A DNA stretch of 64,000 nt, taken from assembly GCF_009914755.1 (NCBI RefSeq), contig NC_060926.1. One strand, 5' to 3'. A program made the position numbers and the translations under genes. Below are positions 58,341 through 64,000 of this stretch, one piece after another (within the stretch, counting starts at the first letter, position 1; every line of letters begins with the position of its first letter). The notes below the pieces were generated by a model that saw only the letters and a list, made by a program, of their open reading frames with translations, was not told the origin of the DNA and searched no databases. Origin of the DNA: the human T2T-CHM13v2.0 reference genome, Homo sapiens.

Positions 58341-59779
58341 TAAAATGCAGATAATATTACCCATGGTGGTGGCTACAGATCATCTTTATAGGAGTGGCAT
58401 GAGGATAGAAATCTTGCTGGTTAGGGACGAAGAGAGTCTACTTGAAACTGCATTTGCAGAATAAATGGTTTTTACTTAAATATATTTGAAGTGATGGAAA
58501 TTATAGGGAAGTTAAAAATCACCCCATACCCAAATTATTCATTGGCTCTACCTTGAGATGCAGGCTTATCCAGAAAAATTTTTGGGTAATCTATGCATCA
58601 AACTCACTAGACACTATTAGCTTTCTTTACTGTCAGCTTCCTGTGAGTTCATATTTCACATAGGTTGATATTAGAATAAAAATTATGATACTTGGAGGAA
58701 AAAAAAATCAGGTATGCTGCACATCTGAAAGGCTAGTGTGGGGAGACCTGTTTATCTTTCTTGGCCACATACAGAAATACACCAATTATTAGGGGCATGC
58801 CGAATTACAGCATCAATATCTGAGTATCTTCTACCCTCCTCCTTTCTTTTCCATTGACAGCGAATTTATGAAAATAACACCACCAGTACATCACCACTGT
58901 AGAAAATGTGAAGAAGATTAAAGAATGCAAAGGAGAAAAAAACACTCACAGATAATCTCACTGTATATGTAGAATCACTATTAATATTTCATTCAGGAAT
59001 TCCTAGGAATGCCTATTGTATACAGTCTACTCTGCTGGCAGTATAAATACAGAAATGACTAATACATACTATCTGTCCTGAAAGTAGGGCAGAGAAAAGG
59101 GATTTTACCAGCCTTATGTAATGTACAGATTCAGAATTCATCTTATATTCTCCATGCTGTTTTAAGTCTTTTTTATAAAGCTTAGTATTAACATAGTTTG
59201 TATGATAGGAGAGTGCTTCTGCCTGGCCTTTCTGCACTTCCAAGAGTTACACGTTCGGAAAGTGAAAGCACGTTACCCAACCAGGGCGCCTCAGGAAGGG
59301 GGTGGTCTGAGGTGAAGGTTACTTGTGAACACCTTTGCCTTGCTCCACAAGCCTGGCACGTCTCATCTGGGTTCATCTTTTAAGATGTCAAAGTGCTCTG
59401 CAATGTTTTACAGTATTTTCCACTAAAAGTGTGTCATGTAAATCAATCATGGCTTCAATTTTCCTGTCAGACTTCAGTAACCTTAAACTGAAGCTTTTAG
59501 AATTAATCAAAAGAATAACTCAATTTAATTTTTCATGAGAGAATAACAATATGGGGCTTGTCTTCAACTGTCTCAATTATAAATATTTATTAGTAAATGT
59601 TGTTGAATAAATTTTTACAAAAGGAGTTTAAAAGATGGATTTTTTAAAGTCTAGCCTTCTTTTTTACATAAATAGCCAGCTGCTTTTCTTTTTCCACCTG
59701 AGGGTAAAGGGAATTGCACCTCCCTTCAGTGGAAACTCAGTGTCTTCACTTGCATAGAAAATTTATTTGTGTATTTATT

Positions 59780-59895
59780 TAAAGACAGTCTGCCTACTTA
59801 AACTGTTAACCTTGTGGGAATGGGCACAGCTCTCTATAGCCCAGTATCTAGCACATTCTAGGTGTTCAATAATTATTTGACAAATAAATAAATAT
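59780..59895 (+). mobile_element. L2 3' end
   Basis: CCCAGTATCTAGCACATTCTAGGTGTTCAATAATTATTTGACAAATAAATAAA. Confidence 0.6.
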
Positions 59896-60109
59896 TTATG
59901 TATAAGAGTAAGGGAGCTAGGCAGAAGAGTTGTCTTGATTAGTCATTGTCATATAAACAAAAGAAAAATAGGAAATAAAGCTGTAATCTTCCAGGAAGAC
60001 CCCAAAAATGGTCTTATCATTTAGCCAGCCATTACAAGCTCATTGATAATGTCTTATAGTTTAGGAACTAAATAAGGGAAGTGATATTTTTCTTTACCAC
60101 TCCTTCCTT

Positions 60110-60412
60110 TATTTTATAAACCACTTTATTCAGGTGTGATTGGCATATGAAAAGCTGTGCATATTTAATGTATACCTCTTGATGAGTTTAGGGATAAGTA
60201 TCTACCCATGAAACCATCACTACCATCAAGGCCACAGACATATCTATCACCTTCCAAAGTCTTCTCCGCCACCTTTATTATTATTGCTGTTTTGTTTTGA
60301 TAAAAACATTTAAGACAACGTCTACCCTGTTAGCAAATTGTAACTATACAATTCAGTATTCTTAGCTGTAGGCACTATGCTGTTCCGAGTGTAAATCTCT
60401 AGGACTTATTTA
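60110..60412 (-). mobile_element. L1MA8-10/L1MB-type 3' end
   Basis: CTTTATTCAGGTGTGATTGGCATATGAAAAGCTGTGCATATTTAATGTATAC...TCTACCCTGTTAGCAAATT. Confidence 0.75.
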
Positions 60413-60504
60413 TCACAAAATTTTCCCATTTCCATGCGAAACACACAAACAGTTAAAAATTCTCAAAGCTTCCCATCCTACGTTCTTGATATATCCATGG
60501 GGAA

Positions 60505-61010
60505 AATTCATTCATTTATTCATCTAACTATCTACGCACACAGTCTACACATATTTATAGAGCAGCTATTCTCTGCCAGAACTTTGATTAGGCATTAGGA
60601 ATACACAGACTAATAAGAAGCAGTTAGTCTTTGTCTTCAAAGAGCTCACAGTATCATGGGAAAGAAAGGCACATAAAGAGACAGTTAAAACACCATCAGT
60701 TACAGAAATAACTACTGTTATTGCAGGTACAAAGAGGAGGGGAGCCGGCACAAACTTGGGGAGCCACAAAAAAAATTATGGGAAGGCTTCTTGGAGGAGC
60801 TATGCCTGAGCTTAACTTTAAAGGGTGAGTAGGATGAAGCTACAAGTTGGGAGAATTCTGAGCTTTCCCATGTAGAGAAAACCACACAAGGCAAAGCAAA
60901 TAAGTAAGACAGTGCAATGTGGACAGAGAACATGTGAGTGTTAACCATGGAGCCCAGAGACACAAGGCCAGGGGGGTGACAGGAGCTGGATTGTGAAGGG
61001 CCTTGTTAAT
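60505..61010 (-). mobile_element. L2 fragment
   Basis: ATTCATTCATTTATTCATC...GTCTTTGTCTTCAAAGAGCTCACAGT...GGGAAGGCTTCTTGGAGGAG...GTGAAGGGCCTTG. Confidence 0.72.
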
Positions 61011-61199
61011 TAAAAACTACTTGAAAATATCAGTTTTAGTAGCTACATAATATTCTATCATATCAGTCAACCACAATCTATGTACTTGTTTTCCTAATAT
61101 TTTAACATTTAAATCATGTATTTTTTTACTCATTAAATATTTGTGATAACAATTATTGTACACAAACCCTTGTCTACATTCCTATTTACTTAAGAAAAA

Positions 61200-61600
61200 T
61201 ATATTAGTGGGATGTCTTCAGTTGCAACTAACACAAAAACTGACTCAAAGTGGATTAAAGAATAAAGGAAATGTATTGGATACTATACCTGAAAGTACAG
61301 AATAAGAAAAGTTTCAGGGTTGGTCTATCCATCAGCTCAATGATGTCACCAAATGCCTAATTTCTCTCTGTCTCTCTCCCCTGCAACCTCAGAGTAAGCT
61401 TCCTCTGAAGGCTAGTTCCCCTGGGGTTATGGAGTAGCTGCCAGCAGCAATCACAGCTGTGCGACTTCTCGACTTTGTCCAATGGGAGAGTCAAACAACT
61501 GTTAAACAGGAGGCTGCAATTGCTCTTCCATCCTGAGCCAATTCCAGAGGCCACACAATGCCGTACACTGATCAAAGGCTCAGGTTAGGATATCTAAGCC
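61200..61600 (-). mobile_element. Old MLT1 (J/K-like) MaLR LTR
   Basis: TCTTCAGTTGCAACTAACACAAAAACTGACTCAAAGTGGATTAAAGAATAAAGGAAATGTATTGG. Confidence 0.6.
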
Positions 61601-64000
61601 GGTATAGGTTTCTGTTTCATCAATTTTTAATGTTCCCATAGATAATCAAAAAATATGAATACATAATTTCCAAATGAGGAAATAAAAAAAGATAGCAAAT
61701 GCCAAAAGAAAAAAATTTCCTCATAACAAACCGAGGATTTTTCCATGGCTTCTCTGTTTAAAAACAAGCCAACAATAAAGGAATGCTGTTTTCCTTAAAG
61801 TTTGATAGATATTTTCTGAGACTGTCTCTGATCTTTGTACCATAAAAACTGTTTTTAAAACGCTCATTGTGATAATTAAAATAATACAAATAAACAGTGA
61901 ATGTTTTCCTCCCCCAAGAAAGATACGTATTTATTGAGACTCATTTCTAGAATATACAAATATATGTATGTTTATGAAAAAATGACACAATACCTTATGT
62001 ATGTTACGTAATTTTCTTTTTTAACTAAAATGTTTCACTTCACAATAACATAACATTTTATTGTCAATTCATACAGAATGACCTGATTCTTTTTAACAGC
62101 AACATATTCCATTATATGCATCCATACTTTCTTTAGCTACTCTCACTTTGATAGACTTTTAGGTTGTTTAAAAACATAAGCACCTACAAGAGGCAATTTT
62201 AAAATTTAGTCTAGGTTTTTATGCAGTTAAAGAAGATAATTATATACATATTTAATATTACATAATTTATTTTCTTTATTGATTAATTCACTCTGGAGCC
62301 AATGTACTGCTAGAGGAAAGCAGTATCCTATAGACAGCCTTATGGAGAAAAGGATAACATCCACTCTTATGAAAAAGGGGTATGTTTTCCAAAACAGAGG
62401 TGGAGATATATGTCAGGATTAAAATAGTCTGGCATGAGAACACACCTTCATTATTCACCAAAAATAATGAATTAGTAAAGGGATTACCTATCTTGAGTTA
62501 TGTTTTAGTATTACTATTATACATGCAACATGTTTAAGTAAATTGTTTGACAATTCATGTATTTATTTGTAAACAGGTTCCTAATTACTGTGTGCATCAG
62601 GAATTATGTCAAAAATTGCTTATTTCCATTCTTCAATAAGGGAGTCAAAATAGTCATTGTGTTCAGCTGCCTCTGGGTTAGCCCTCACAACTTTACTTAC
62701 TATAAACATTATGAAGACAATCACCCTTATAAAGTTGCTGAAACCAGTTCTTTTTATTCCCCAAAGAAATAGTCTACCATCATTTACTTTCTCTAACCCT
62801 GGTTTCAGAAGCTCAAAGCAGTAGCAACATCAACTGACCTAGACTTTTATTCAATTTCTCTTACCTGTCACCCCTCTGATGGTAGTGACCATGAGCACAT
62901 GCATGAACCAGAAGTAAATCAATCTTCAGATGAAGGGAAAGAAACAGAAACCTAAAAATCAGTGTCTGCATGAAGAAAACATTGTCATTTAGAAAGGTGT
63001 TTGTTCATGGTGTAAAGATTTGCAGAGTTATTTTATACATCCTCGTTGTTATGTTTTCCAATAGCAATGTAATGTAATTGAATAAATACCCGAACAAATA
63101 TGAATTTGCTAATTTTTGTAGTATTCCTTATCAAACAAAGTACTAAGCCCCAAGTTTTATTGAAACATTTGGTATGTTGTCCTAATTTTAAAATTTGTTT
63201 GTTCTTTGCAGGTAGAACTAGATGAAGGATACAAGTATGAATAAAATGTTAAACTACTCACAATTTCTTTGAAACAATGCAGGTGTATTGAATATTCTGC
63301 ATATTCCCAGCTATGCAGCACTGCCTCCCTCAATTCATATTCCTTTTTGTGCTTCAAAGACTTGTTTAGGTCATTCTTCTAATTATGTTTATATTGTAGA
63401 CTTGCTTATCCTGTGACAGCATTATGAGTGGTTATCACATTCTAAAATGCCAGATACTTCTTAATTGTAATGGTGCCTACTTTTTTATTGAAACTATTCA
63501 TATTTTATTACTGTAAACAACTTTGATCATAATGATGCCATTCAAAAGAGCTGATCAAGCTGAGAAAAATGACAGTACAGTCGTAAAGTCACTCTATACG
63601 TAGCTATTAACATTTTATAGTGTATACAAGGAAAAGTGTTTTAAGTTGCAACCATAGACAAATAAGAAAATTAATTTTAAACATAATCCTATGTTTTTAA
63701 GATTGGAAATAGTCTACTTAAATAATTATTGCCAACAAATACTTTTACATTTCAACACATGACCTTCAATACAAAAAACAACATATAGTGGATTGTGCAT
63801 TAGAGAAATTCAAATCATCTTACTTTGCCAGGGTAGAAAACAAGGTCTTTCATTCCTAGAAACAAATAAGAAAGAAACACATCATAACCTCACTTCAAAG
63901 CTATTCTCTGGTTACATTCCAGAAGCGACAAGGTTATAGATGAGGAGTTTTAAGAGACACATTCTTACGGCACTTCTAGGATATAACACTCTCTTCAAAT

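Overview
Human genomic DNA (it carries a human-specific AluYb8). The window is AT-rich, dense in transposable elements and non-coding, either intergenic or deep-intronic. I recognise no host protein-coding exon, RNA gene or CRISPR array. All longer ORFs come from retroelements (L1 ORF1/ORF2/ORF0, HERV-H gag/pro/pol, MaLR-int) or from low-complexity sequence. Main elements: a solo HERV-W LTR17 (205-986); a two-LTR THE1 MaLR element (28886-31158); a deleted HERV-H provirus with LTR7up-like LTRs (38997-44218) at the edge of a nested LTR/Alu stack (36842-44218); and a full-length but dead L1PA4-like element (50176-56125). There are also many Alu, MIR, L2, L3, old L1, MaLR and MER4-group fragments. 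The most notable non-catalogue signals are a ~137-bp unique sequence duplicated 740 bp downstream into a MIR, two perfect inverted repeats apparently made by template switching, a G4/splice-donor minisatellite, and candidate plus-strand lncRNA splice sites. Subfamily names come from recalled consensus sequences and need RepeatMasker/Dfam confirmation. I see no convincing evidence of a new protein-coding system.
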